The position numbers and the translations under genes were made by a program. From positions 7,652 to 71,651 of the forward strand of contig CAYOJD010000001.1 in assembly GCA_964404205.1 (NCBI GenBank): a stretch of DNA of 64,000 nt, read 5' to 3'. Position 1 is the first letter of the stretch. Every line of letters begins with the position of its first letter. This document shows, in pieces, positions 9,401 through 18,597 of this stretch. The stretch comes from an uncultured Prolixibacteraceae bacterium. GTDB taxonomy: Bacteria > Bacteroidota > Bacteroidia > Bacteroidales > Prolixibacteraceae. Under the pieces are notes generated by a model. The model was given only the letters and a program-made list of their open reading frames with translations, did no database searches and was not told where the DNA came from.

Positions 9401-12400
9401 CGAACGTCCGCTGGCCCTGATCCCAATCATCATGGTCTCAACTTCCGACAAATCGGGATTACCCTTGATTTTTATCTTGTTCTTATTGTTGTTGAACCCT
9501 TCGTGGATCTTCTCAAAAATAGTTCCCAGCGTAATGGTCGAACCCGATTTGCGCATCTCGGCATTCCGGTCTTGCTTTAACTGTGGCAACGAAAGCAACG
9601 GAATATATACCCTGTTCTCTTCGGGCCACACAATAAACCGATCCGATTCGCGGTTGTTGTCATAATAGCCTGCCGGGGTAAGTTTCAGCGGCACTTCATA
9701 TTCGTAGTAATTGTACTGAAAGTCGGAACCCAGTCTGACGAAGATGGAGAGATCGTTGTCGCGCAACGGAACACCCTCGAGCGCCTCGGCATGTACTTCC
9801 AGTTTCAATGTTTTGTAGCGGCGCATATCGAGATTGGCTGTTTTGTAGGCCGCTTTGGCTTCGCGTGGCTCCAGATCTTTTACATTCAATACCATCGACT
9901 GTTCGTTCAGCTCCCGGATTTGTACATTCGACGGATCGATAACCCTGTCGACACCCGGAGGCAAGACATAGTTGACTGGCTTGCGGTTGCTGTTCTCTTC
10001 AATATTCACAGCCGAAATGTCGAACTGGGTGGCCGACGATTGCAAACTACCGTCATCGTTCAAGGTTTTATCATAACGACGCCAGTTGGTGCGCACCAAA
10101 TCGAGCGAAGCAAAACGGACAACAACCGGTCGCTGCCATCCCCGAAGGAACATCCGGATAAAACGAATCGATTTGAAATCGCTGATCTGACCATAGGCCT
10201 TGTCGGGCGAAGCTACCGGAATCTTGAACTGGTACCAGGTAATCTGCGATTTCTTCCCGCTCTTCAGTGTAACAGGAACATCTTTTTTGATATCGGCAAT
10301 GTAGTTTTTGCCTACCACCATGTTTTCTCTGGTCAGTTTAAGCCTGTACTGAAAATAATTTTCACTCTCATTCAGCGTGTTATCGTCATTAATATCTTCG
10401 ACATCCGGTATTGAAGTGGCTGCGGTAGAATACGATTCGGGCGACTGCTCATTGGTCGGACTGTTACCGTCGGTATTACTGTAAAGCTTGTATCGTTCCA
10501 GCACATCAAGCTGGTCGCGGTCGTAATCGCTTCCGCGGAAATAATGAAAATTGTCATTCGACGGGTCGTTGTAAATGGTCTGAAATGCAGTGCCGTCGAC
10601 TACCGACTGTAATTTGGTCAGGAAAGCCTGGTGAAAACTCTGCTCATCGGCAGTGCTAAGGCCATCAAGGCCAACATCCTGATATTTACGGGCAGCCGAC
10701 GAGTTGTCGAATGCTTTCACCAACGACTGGTTTTGCGAAACGCGGCCCCAGATGGTTTGGTCAACATCGGTCGTCGAGCCATCGGCCGGCAAGCCATGTT
10801 CAAACGATTTTCGCCCATCGCGTAAGATATCTTCAGAAATGTTGCCCAAATTAAAATAGAGATCTCCACCCGGGTTTGGATTCGATGCCGTATCCATTGC
10901 AAAGGGATCCATCATCCAAAACTCGATATATTCGACATTGGCTGTCTCAAAATCACTGGTTTCGATTTTACGCATGATACCGCCCCAGCGGCTTTCGGGA
11001 TTAATCAGTTGTCCATTGCGATCGACACCCGATGAGGTGGCCCCTCCGGTTGTTTCGAAATTATACGGGCCACGTTCCTGCGGATAGAAAGCCAGGTCGA
11101 GGGTGGGAATATTGGTAGGCTGACCTACGGGAAGCTGTTTCTCGGGATAAATCTCTGATTGAAAAACCTCTCTCACACGGTGGTCGTCAAGCTTTTCCTG
11201 CTGCAACAGATACGACGGGGCTGTATTGCGCTGCATGTAGGGGTCAATAACATACCACGACAGTCGTGCTCGGTTATAGCCATATTCGAGGTCGTTCACC
11301 AAATCGCCTTCCGGGAAAAGTTCGTTCCCCTGCGGTGTACTGGCCAAATACCATCCCACGTAGCTTTTCAGGTTGATGGGCGTTTTGGCCCCTTCGAAAT
11401 CGTCGATGTAGGCAGCCCCCTCTTTCGAAACCGCCTTTGAATGACCTGGCATCAACTTGGCCCATTCGGCCTCGACCGATATTTTCGAATCAGCATTGGT
11501 TTCGAGAAATGGCAGTGCATTGACCATCCGCGTAATAAAAGGCGAACTGTTGCTGTAGTTCATGTTCAGCCCCAGCATCAGGTTCGAAATGGGGTCATCG
11601 CCATAATTCACCTTTTGTGTCAGCGGCTTCTCGTGAAGGTACATCAATGTCGAACCGATATTGAAATTCTTGTTAATTTCGTAGTTCAGGTGGGTTCCTA
11701 TCATCGTGCGCCGCTGCATGCTGAACAAATCCTGACTTTCGGTAGAAATGGATATCGGCGTTCCCGATTCGAGCAACCCCTGATTGATAATCTTTACCTT
11801 TCCCTGCGTATAATCGACAATATAATCCTGATCTTCTATCAGTTCGCGGCCTCCTGCCGTTACCTTCACCGAGCCACGCGTAATGTTAGGCGACTCGAGC
11901 GATATCTCTGATGTAGAGGTCCCTTTGAAACTTCCTTCGAGTTTGTATTTGTTCTTTTCGGCATCCTGCTCAGCAGCCGTTTTGGTATCGTTGTAAAGTG
12001 AGTAGTAAACATACTTCTTTATCGCAGCGGCATCGCCGTTCATCTTCTTTTCAAGGTTCGAACCAAACGGCTCGACCACCGGGAATATCAACCGCCCTTT
12101 GGAGGCATTGATGGTGATGTTGTCGATAAAGTCGAAAATGCCGTCAGGATAAGGGTCGAGCTGACTGTTCAGGTTGTCGAGGTTCATCTCGTTCAGCAAT
12201 ATCTTCTCTTTCAGCGGGCCATCGGGCAGGTAGTTCAGATTGGTTCCGGCCGCATTATCCTGAAAAAGTACGTTCATTTTGAACTCCTGACTCGAAATCT
12301 GTTGCCCTCTGATGTTGTAGATATTCTTCATCATCAGCCGCCAGTTCTTGTATTTGGGATTGAGGTTGGTCCCTCTCAACATTTTTAACACGAGGGTTTG

Positions 12401-13927
12401 GGGTGCCTCGATACCGTCGGTCGAAAACTCGCCCACCTGATAAACCTGGCCATTGGCCGTATACTGGTAAGCTATTGCCAGTATCTCGTCGTTGTTCAGC
12501 GAACTGTTGAGCGAGATATAGCCCAACTGCCGGTTCACTGTATATTCGGTCGAATCGAGACGACGGGCATTTTCAATCTTTTCATAGTCGCGGCCCGAGA
12601 TAAAATCGCGCACGCTAAGCGGTTTCAATGTAGCCGAAAGGGTAGAGATATCACGAATACCGGAATAGTTGTTCAATAACTCCTGGTACATCATGTTGCT
12701 TTCGTTGTTCGGGAAAGTATTGGCCGGATAGGGTAAACCCGGCGTATCGCCAAACTCGGGGATAGTTTGGTTCTGACGGTTTTGCCCGCGTTCGCCAAGG
12801 TCGAGGAGCGCTAAAATATTACGCGACTGTTTAAAGTTGCTCGATTTATTGGTGACCCAAACCTCCACCTTTTTGATGGTAATCGACGATTTGATGATGG
12901 GAAGGTCGGAAAGCGCCTCGTCGTACGAACCGTAGAAATGGTGCCCCATAAAGAAGTGGCGGTTGGCATCGTACTCGGTGGCGTTGATTTCGAACTTGGT
13001 CTTCTCGGCCCCTCCTTCGGTGTTGATAACTTTGGTCTCACCCTTTTGCTGCGACAATACGGTCGATATCGATAGCTTGCCAAACTGAAGGTCGGTCTTT
13101 ACCCCAAACAGATTGGTACCGCCCCGGATTAAAGTTCCGCTTAGCGGCATCGACACATTACCGGCTTCGATATTTTTCACAATATCATCCTCATCGCCGG
13201 TATAATCGAGTTTGATTTTATTCTCGAAATCGAAAGTCGCATCGGTGTTGTAGTTAAACCTCATCTTCATGCGGTCGCCTACTTCCCCATCGAGGCTGAC
13301 ATTGATTTTCTGATCGAAATCGAGGGTGGTTGTTCGTTGCATCCTCACCGGAATCGATGGGTTTTCGATACGGCTGCTTTTTAGCCCGAGGCTCACTTCG
13401 ACATATCCCTGCGGCCTGATATTGACGGTACTGTTCCCAAAAACACGGTCGAACGCATCGCCCCCAACGCGAAACTGCGGAATCAACTGCGAACGTTGTT
13501 CAAGGTGCCGCTCCGACATTTTATCGCGCCAGTAAGCATTTACCGCCTCTTTCATATCCTGTCTCAGGTATTCCTGAAGGCTAAGCGAGCGTGGCAACCG
13601 GTAATCCATATCGCCAATCTTTTCGTAAATCAGATACTCACCGGTAGCGGCATCGTATTCAACCTGAGGGACAATGTTCGATGGTTTGCTCAGATAGAGC
13701 GATGGGTCTTCTGATTTGGGTTCACCCACAAACGGTCCCTGATCGCGAAACGGGTAGGGCAAATCGACCGTGTCGGCTGCGACACTATCAATCCGTCCGG
13801 CATACTCACGCATAAAATCACCTCTCCCCGAAGGATCACTCGAGGCCAAAAGCAACAGCGGCCCGATGACTGAAAGGGATATCAGGAAAGTAAGCGCAAT
13901 CGCGGTATGTACCAATACACGTTTCAA
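6419..13927 (-). CDS. sprA: SprA, type IX secretion system translocon / gliding motility protein
   Basis: 2502-aa ORF with an N-terminal hydrophobic signal-like segment (KRVLVHTAIALTFLISLSVIGPLLLLASS) and a beta-rich, Asn/Tyr-rich sequence ending in an outer-membrane-type C-terminal ...FRFTLMP. It sits immediately downstream of ruvA, as in other Bacteroidota. The apparent start is TTG at 13927. Confidence 0.9.
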   Translation of the reverse strand: MKRVLVHTAIALTFLISLSVIGPLLLLASSDPSGRGDFMREYAGRIDSVAADTVDLPYPFRDQGPFVGEPKSEDPSLYLSKPSNIVPQVEYDAATGEYLIYEKIGDMDYRLPRSLSLQEYLRQDMKEAVNAYWRDKMSERHLEQRSQLIPQFRVGGDAFDRVFGNSTVNIRPQGYVEVSLGLKSSRIENPSIPVRMQRTTTLDFDQKINVSLDGEVGDRMKMRFNYNTDATFDFENKIKLDYTGDEDDIVKNIEAGNVSMPLSGTLIRGGTNLFGVKTDLQFGKLSISTVLSQQKGETKVINTEGGAEKTKFEINATEYDANRHFFMGHHFYGSYDEALSDLPIIKSSITIKKVEVWVTNKSSNFKQSRNILALLDLGERGQNRQNQTIPEFGDTPGLPYPANTFPNNESNMMYQELLNNYSGIRDISTLSATLKPLSVRDFISGRDYEKIENARRLDSTEYTVNRQLGYISLNSSLNNDEILAIAYQYTANGQVYQVGEFSTDGIEAPQTLVLKMLRGTNLNPKYKNWRLMMKNIYNIRGQQISSQEFKMNVLFQDNAAGTNLNYLPDGPLKEKILLNEMNLDNLNSQLDPYPDGIFDFIDNITINASKGRLIFPVVEPFGSNLEKKMNGDAAAIKKYVYYSLYNDTKTAAEQDAEKNKYKLEGSFKGTSTSEISLESPNITRGSVKVTAGGRELIEDQDYIVDYTQGKVKIINQGLLESGTPISISTESQDLFSMQRRTMIGTHLNYEINKNFNIGSTLMYLHEKPLTQKVNYGDDPISNLMLGLNMNYSNSSPFITRMVNALPFLETNADSKISVEAEWAKLMPGHSKAVSKEGAAYIDDFEGAKTPINLKSYVGWYLASTPQGNELFPEGDLVNDLEYGYNRARLSWYVIDPYMQRNTAPSYLLQQEKLDDHRVREVFQSEIYPEKQLPVGQPTNIPTLDLAFYPQERGPYNFETTGGATSSGVDRNGQLINPESRWGGIMRKIETSDFETANVEYIEFWMMDPFAMDTASNPNPGGDLYFNLGNISEDILRDGRKSFEHGLPADGSTTDVDQTIWGRVSQNQSLVKAFDNSSAARKYQDVGLDGLSTADEQSFHQAFLTKLQSVVDGTAFQTIYNDPSNDNFHYFRGSDYDRDQLDVLERYKLYSNTDGNSPTNEQSPESYSTAATSIPDVEDINDDNTLNESENYFQYRLKLTRENMVVGKNYIADIKKDVPVTLKSGKKSQITWYQFKIPVASPDKAYGQISDFKSIRFIRMFLRGWQRPVVVRFASLDLVRTNWRRYDKTLNDDGSLQSSATQFDISAVNIEENSNRKPVNYVLPPGVDRVIDPSNVQIRELNEQSMVLNVKDLEPREAKAAYKTANLDMRRYKTLKLEVHAEALEGVPLRDNDLSIFVRLGSDFQYNYYEYEVPLKLTPAGYYDNNRESDRFIVWPEENRVYIPLLSLPQLKQDRNAEMRKSGSTITLGTIFEKIHEGFNNNKNKIKIKGNPDLSEVETMMIGIRASGRSVVSARSAEIWVNELRLTDFEEKGGWAAIGRVSGNLADLGTYSFSGRIITSGFGDIDSKMANRAMEDTHEYDVSTNLELGKFFKPESGVRIPMYMSFSKIVAKPEYSPLDEDVKLDDALEAAETEAERDSIKRISLDWTSRKSINFTNIQIDKPNKSGEPKFYDVSNFTLSYAYNEISHGDVNTAIEMTKTNRALFTYNFVNRPKAVDPFKNVAFLKPKALSLIRDFNFYYSPAQISFRSDLNKIYSELQYRNITNPNFILPVSYQKDFTWNRYYDFRYDLTRSLKIDFSAVNSSRIAEPLGSMDRNIPGYEARRDTIWQSILDGGRNTHYHHTWNATYTIPVNKLPGLDWTSASAIYQAGYDWDVAPETTSDYVIGNTISNMRSIQLNGQIDFSRLYNKNPYLREVNQKYGEFSRGRRESQPNRYRQSGMPQQNSAPASGKYVTANVKLKELTPQAIFHKLGSSSVTVRVVDKNGKIVPGEIQVVNDNRIIFTPSIDCESASFEVVTKSDKSTAASGSKFVDYVARFLMMVYNINISYTENGGTALNGYLPGSNYFGSTSYNGGSGGSLAPGIPFILGHQDHDFGIDAAQNNWITTDSILNKSYAMNKTSRLNIRAKVVPLPDLKIDITANRVYSNNSTENLIYNLQNGWDIYNPSFNGNFSMSVITLGTSFEKLGKAMVQQSKAWDTFQQNRQVIAERLDNRRVANPDYGYVPGTVDPSTGFPSGYGPTSQEVLIPAFFAAYTGKNPAKVPLTPFPSARFMLPNWRIQYSGAVNKIEGLKNVMKSMNIMHDYRSTYSVGSYISNLNYLTEKDGFSYIRDAQNNFLPSRDIAAININETFNPLFDIDVTWLNNLTTRLEYRKSRNISMSLTNNQITEIYNNEASLGLGYRLENLPLFIRTRRSQKTLANDLNLRADLTYGKNKTVLRKLVEGNNQLTSGQDALSVKFSADYNLSEIFVVRLFYDRIVNSPYISNAYRTTNSNVGVSFRFTLMP

Positions 13928-13934
13928 AGTGCTG

Positions 13935-14516
13935 TCAGATACTTTTAAGTGCTATTTTGATAAGATTCTCAACGGTCAGCCCAGGTTGCCCCGAAATAAG
14001 CTGATCGATCTGTTTTTCGATTGATTTTTTATTGTACCCCAACATTTCGAGGGCACTGAGTGCTTCGTCCCTCACGCGGTTGTCGCCAACCATAAAGACC
14101 CTGTCCGAGGCAAGCCCCTTGCCCACTTTGTCTTTCAGGTCGATTATAACACGCTGTGCCGTTTTGGCACCAATGCCTTTGATGCTTTTCAGCAGATTGA
14201 CATTTTCTGAAAGAATCGCCTCCCGAAGGTCGTCGGGCTGATAAGAGGATAGCATCATAATTGCGGTATTGGCCCCTATCCCATTCACCGAAATCAAGTG
14301 CCTGAAGAGTTCCCGCTCGCCCGCTTCGGCAAAACCGTATAGCAGGTGTGCATCCTCGCGAATGATAGGGTGCAGAAAAACCTTCACCGTCGATTGGCCA
14401 CTTAACCGGCTAAAGGTATTCAGCGAGATATGGACAAAGTAGCCTATCCCGCCAGCCTCAACAATAAGGCCGGCCGGGGCTAGTTCGGTAAGTGTTCCTT
14501 TAATATATTCGTACAT
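13935..14516 (-). CDS. ruvA: Holliday junction branch migration complex subunit RuvA
   Basis: MYEYIKGTL...GIGYFV N-terminus. Two helix-hairpin-helix motifs (VNGIGANTA, IKGIGAKTAQRVI). 193 aa. Confidence 0.9.
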   Translation of the reverse strand: MYEYIKGTLTELAPAGLIVEAGGIGYFVHISLNTFSRLSGQSTVKVFLHPIIREDAHLLYGFAEAGERELFRHLISVNGIGANTAIMMLSSYQPDDLREAILSENVNLLKSIKGIGAKTAQRVIIDLKDKVGKGLASDRVFMVGDNRVRDEALSALEMLGYNKKSIEKQIDQLISGQPGLTVENLIKIALKSI

Positions 14517-14551
14517 AGAGCAATAGCATTGGTTAGGAAACTATGGGGTGG

Positions 14552-15613
14552 TTACTCACCGCCCGACCTGTCGATATCCTGCCGCTGCAACGGATCTTTT
14601 GACAACTCTTTGTAGAGCTGACGGTTTGCAAAAACATCAATCGCCAAATAGATGGCATTTCTGAACGACTGTTCCGATGCGATACCTGTTCCGGCAATAT
14701 CGTAGGCTGTACCGTGTCCGGGCGAAGTACGCACAACGGGAAGTCCGGCGGTAAAGTTAACCCCCGAATCGAAGGCCAGCACTTTGAACGGTATCAACCC
14801 CTGATCGTGGTACATGGCCAGAATGGCATCGTATTTGGCATATTCACCCGATCCGAAAAAGCCATCGGCTGCAAACGGCCCCATGGCAATAATCCCCTCA
14901 TCGTTGGCCTGTTTGATGGCCGGAAAAATAATTTTTTGCTCATCGGTGCCGATAACCCCGTTGTCTCCAGCATGTGGGTTAAGTCCCAAAACGGCAATAC
15001 GTGGCTTACGGATTGAAAAATCCTCCATGACCGTCTTATGCAGGATACGGATATTTTTCAGGATTTTCTCTTTGGTAAGCACTTGCGGCACCTGGGCCAC
15101 AGGAATATGGCCTGTAACCACACCTACACGAAGGTTGTCGCTTACCATCAGCATCATGTAGTTTTTGGCATCGAACTCCGCTGCAAAATATTCAGTATGC
15201 CCCGGAAAATGAAACTGTTCCGACTGGATATTCTCTTTGTTGATGGGAGCTGTAACCACCACATCGATATCGCCCGATTTCAAATCTTTCATCGCAGCCT
15301 GTAACGAAAGCAAGGCTGCCTCACCGGCTACCTGGGTCGATTTGCCTAACTCTACGCGGATCTCTTCATCCACACAGTTGATGATATTGACCCGCTTTGA
15401 ATTGGCTTCGCGTGCAGTGTTAATCTGATTGAAACTAAAGAGTTCGACATCGAGCGCCTTGCGGTGATAGGCTGCAACCTTGGGAGAACCGTAGACAATC
15501 GGGGTACACATTTCGAGCATACGGCTATCGGCCATTGCCTTGATTATAACCTCGTAACCGATACCGTTTATGTCGCCGTGCGTAATCCCTACCTTGATTT
15601 TATGCTGATCCAT
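14552..15613 (-). CDS. pdxA: 4-hydroxythreonine-4-phosphate dehydrogenase
   Basis: Motifs GDINGIGYEV, FPGHTEY, GLNPHAGDNG and RTSPGHGTAYDIAG. 353 aa. Confidence 0.85.
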   Translation of the reverse strand: MDQHKIKVGITHGDINGIGYEVIIKAMADSRMLEMCTPIVYGSPKVAAYHRKALDVELFSFNQINTAREANSKRVNIINCVDEEIRVELGKSTQVAGEAALLSLQAAMKDLKSGDIDVVVTAPINKENIQSEQFHFPGHTEYFAAEFDAKNYMMLMVSDNLRVGVVTGHIPVAQVPQVLTKEKILKNIRILHKTVMEDFSIRKPRIAVLGLNPHAGDNGVIGTDEQKIIFPAIKQANDEGIIAMGPFAADGFFGSGEYAKYDAILAMYHDQGLIPFKVLAFDSGVNFTAGLPVVRTSPGHGTAYDIAGTGIASEQSFRNAIYLAIDVFANRQLYKELSKDPLQRQDIDRSGGE

Positions 15614-15659
15614 TGATATATTTTCTTTTTGAGTGACTATTCCATTTTGGTTTATTGTT

Positions 15660-15667
15660 CAAATTTA
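15660..15667 (-). promoter_or_regulatory. Candidate Bacteroidota -7 promoter box (TAaaTTTG on the minus strand) upstream of pdxA
   Basis: The plus strand reads CAAATTTA, a perfect TAnnTTTG on the minus strand, 47 nt upstream of the pdxA ATG. Confidence 0.4.
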
Positions 15668-15692
15668 AACTTTTCTGCATTAAAAAGAAGTT

Positions 15693-17156
15693 CTATTCTA
15701 ATTTATCAGCCTTTGGGCGGATTGACTCAACATAATTTTCAAGAAAACGGAACAATAACCTTACCCCTGTACCGCTACCTCCTTTGGGCCGGTAATGGTC
15801 AGCCGACGGCAGAAACGACGGGCCGGCAATGTCGAGATGGACCCACGGATAGGCGGTAAAGCGTTGCAGAAACTTCCCGGCAGTGATAGCACCTGCCTCG
15901 CGTGACCCAATATTTTTGACATCTGCAATATCCGACTTAATCATCTCGTCGTACTCATCCCACAACGGGAATTCGACCACCCGTTCGTAAACCTCATCAC
16001 CGGCCTGTTGCAACCGGGCCATGGTTTCTGCTCCGGCACTGCCCATCCCGGCAATTCCCTGCGTGCTCAGGGCCATTGCCGCCGAACCGGTCAACGTGGC
16101 CACATCAATAACCAAATCGGGATGATAGTTTCGTGCAAAGCTCAACGCATCAGCCAAAATCAGCCGGCCTTCGGCATCGGTATTCAACACCTCAACCGTG
16201 GTGCCGTTGTGCATGGTAATGACATCGCCGGGTGTAATGGCATTCCCGTCGGGTCGGTTATCGGTAGCCGGCACCAGGGCCATCAGGTAAAGCGGTAACT
16301 TTAACCGGGCTGCCAGATAAATTACCCCTGCAACGGCCGCGCCCCCGGCCATATCGCTTTTCATATAATCCATCGACTGGGGTGTGGGCTTCAGGCTCAG
16401 GCCGCCGGTGTCGAACACCACGCCCTTCCCCACCAGAATAATTGGACGGCTGTTCAGTGCCGTTTCCGGCTTCCACTCCAGTATCGAAAAGGTAGCCGGA
16501 TCGATACTCCCCTTGTTCACGGCCAGCAAACCGCCCATCCGCAACGACTCTATCTGGTTCTGGTGCAACACTTCGGTCGTAAAACCAGCCTCGCGGCCCA
16601 TCTCACCAAAACGTTCAGCCAGTTTCAATGCATTCAGGCTTACCACCGGTTCGTTCACCATGTCGCGCACCAGCGTGACCGAATCGATTATCGCCTTTAA
16701 CCGTTCTATATCCGCAGGAGCGATATCGCCGTGAACCAGTGTAACTTCAGACAAATATTGCTGTTTGGCCTGACCGTCCGTAAAATACTTGGTAAAGGCA
16801 TAATTTCCCAGCGCCAGCCCTTCGGCAAAAGCCAGCAACGGCCCCTTTCCGGTATCGGCGGCATGAATTTCAATCGCCCTGATTTTCTCTTTTTTCGCGA
16901 TAGCTGCCAACTCGTTTCCCCTCCGGCGCCATAGCTCCACCTGCTGGTTTTGCGCCTTACCGCCATCGATGGCGACAATAAAAATCCAACTACCCAATCG
17001 GTTGAGAGTCAATAATCCGGGAGCATCGGTTAGCTTTGCCTGCACATAGGCCAACTCATTTTCGTTCAGCGGCAACTGCCGCAAAGCGGCTGTCGCGGCT
17101 ATCAGGAATACCTGATTGCCTACCGCTGGCTTATCGTTTTTCAATTGAATTTCCAT
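15693..17156 (-). CDS. pepA: Leucyl aminopeptidase (peptidase M17)
   Basis: Metal and active-site blocks VGKGVVFDTGG, MKSDMAGGAAV and NTDAEGRLILADAL. 487 aa. Confidence 0.85.
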   Translation of the reverse strand: MEIQLKNDKPAVGNQVFLIAATAALRQLPLNENELAYVQAKLTDAPGLLTLNRLGSWIFIVAIDGGKAQNQQVELWRRRGNELAAIAKKEKIRAIEIHAADTGKGPLLAFAEGLALGNYAFTKYFTDGQAKQQYLSEVTLVHGDIAPADIERLKAIIDSVTLVRDMVNEPVVSLNALKLAERFGEMGREAGFTTEVLHQNQIESLRMGGLLAVNKGSIDPATFSILEWKPETALNSRPIILVGKGVVFDTGGLSLKPTPQSMDYMKSDMAGGAAVAGVIYLAARLKLPLYLMALVPATDNRPDGNAITPGDVITMHNGTTVEVLNTDAEGRLILADALSFARNYHPDLVIDVATLTGSAAMALSTQGIAGMGSAGAETMARLQQAGDEVYERVVEFPLWDEYDEMIKSDIADVKNIGSREAGAITAGKFLQRFTAYPWVHLDIAGPSFLPSADHYRPKGGSGTGVRLLFRFLENYVESIRPKADKLE

Positions 17157-17271
17157 ATCGTATCTCCTTATTAGTTATGTTTATAAACGCTGTAGCCGGC
17201 AAACCGGATTATCGACATCGGCGACAGCGTTGCCCCAAAATTACTACCTTTAGCGAAAAATTTGGGCCATC

Positions 17272-18375
17272 ATGAATTTCGAATCCCTATATCAAAAAGC
17301 CATCGCCCTCGAACCGCTGACAGCCGACGAGGGGTTGCTGCTCTACCGCGATGCACCACTGACCGAACTGATGCTCGCTGCCGATACCATCCGGCGGAAG
17401 CTTCACCCCGAAAATTGGGTCACCTGGATTATCGATCGCAATGTCAATATAACGAACATCTGTATCTCCGGTTGCAAATTCTGCAATTTTCACCGGAAAA
17501 TCAACGGCGACGGCACTTATACTACAACATTCGAAGATTATCGTTCCAAAATCATCCAGATGATCGAACTGGGCGGCAACCAGTTGTTGTTGCAGGGGGG
17601 CATGCACCCCGGCTACGGCCTCAGTTTTTATACAAAACTCTTCAGCCAGTTGAAAGAGGAATTTCCTACCGTGAAACTTCACGCACTGGGCCCGCCCGAG
17701 ATTGTCCACATTGCCCGCAAGGAGCGAAAAGGCTACCGCGAAATATTGGAAGCATTGGTGGCTTCGGGGCTCGACAGCCTTCCCGGGGCCGGGGCCGAAA
17801 TCCTCTGCGACCGTGTCCGAAGGTCGCTCTCGCCCGGTAAAGCGCTTACCGATCAGTGGCTCGATGTCATGCGCGAAGCCCACAAAATGAACCTTGTCAC
17901 CTCGGCAACCATGATGTTTGGCCATATCGAAACCATCGACGAGCGCATCGACCATCTGGTACGGCTGCGCGAAGTACAAGCCGAAAAACCCGAAGGGCAC
18001 CACGGCTTCACCGCCTTTATTCCCTGGCCGGTGATTGCAGGAGGAACTGTGTTGGCCAACGAAATAGAACTGGAACCAGTACTCCCGGTCGAATATCTCC
18101 GCACCATTGCCATCAGCCGGCTGATGCTCTGCAATATCCGCAACATTCAGGCTTCGTGGCTCACCGTAGGCAAAGCCACCGCACAATTGTGCCTTCACGC
18201 TGGCGCCAACGATTTGGGTTCCATTATGATAGAAGAAAATGTGGTTTCGTCGGCAGGCGCATCGTACAAGATGAACGCCGACGAGATGCAACAAGCCATT
18301 GCCGATGCCGGCTTCGCCCCGCGGCTGCGCAACCAGGCCTACGAGTTGATTGAATTGCCCGAACAAATAAGATAA
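17272..18375 (+). CDS. Radical SAM enzyme of the MqnC/MqnE (CofH-like) family, futalosine-route menaquinone biosynthesis
   Basis: CISGCKFCNF CX3CX2C cluster motif at about residue 65. LLLQGGMHP and GFTAFIPWP blocks are typical of the family. 367 aa. I cannot distinguish MqnC from MqnE by eye. Confidence 0.75.
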   Translation: MNFESLYQKAIALEPLTADEGLLLYRDAPLTELMLAADTIRRKLHPENWVTWIIDRNVNITNICISGCKFCNFHRKINGDGTYTTTFEDYRSKIIQMIELGGNQLLLQGGMHPGYGLSFYTKLFSQLKEEFPTVKLHALGPPEIVHIARKERKGYREILEALVASGLDSLPGAGAEILCDRVRRSLSPGKALTDQWLDVMREAHKMNLVTSATMMFGHIETIDERIDHLVRLREVQAEKPEGHHGFTAFIPWPVIAGGTVLANEIELEPVLPVEYLRTIAISRLMLCNIRNIQASWLTVGKATAQLCLHAGANDLGSIMIEENVVSSAGASYKMNADEMQQAIADAGFAPRLRNQAYELIELPEQIR

Positions 18376-18430
18376 CCGGCTCCATTTTGCCATATTTGAT
18401 CTCAAGAACAATATGGTTCAACTTATTTTA

Positions 18431-18438
18431 TATTTTTG
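18431..18438 (+). promoter_or_regulatory. Candidate -7 promoter box (TAttTTTG) upstream of speA
   Basis: Perfect TAnnTTTG match, 160 nt upstream of the speA ATG. This implies a long leader. Confidence 0.35.
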
Positions 18439-18597
18439 CGCAAAAGATTGATGCAGAAAGTTGTCTGAAGGGTTTTACCTACTCCGGCAGCAATCATTCG
18501 GGTACCATTCTTCTTAACCCTAAGGCGACAGTGGTAAACCTGTATTAATCTTTTGAATGAAAACGAATTATTAACTTTTGAATCGAATTAAGCAAAG

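Noticed and set aside
14552-15613. pdxA as a PdxA-family sugar-acid oxidoisomerase belonging to the 1-5.8 kb sugar cluster
   Set aside because: It lies 8.7 kb away on the opposite strand, behind sprA and ruvA, with its own promoter box. It carries standard PdxA motifs. A housekeeping role is the simpler reading, although PdxA paralogues cannot be excluded without a tree.
17287-18411. 374-aa ORF antisense to the MqnC/MqnE-family gene
   Set aside because: It fully overlaps a gene with clear conserved motifs. The translation is low-complexity (Gly/Ala/Val/Phe-rich) with no recognisable domain. This is a typical shadow ORF in a GC-richer gene.
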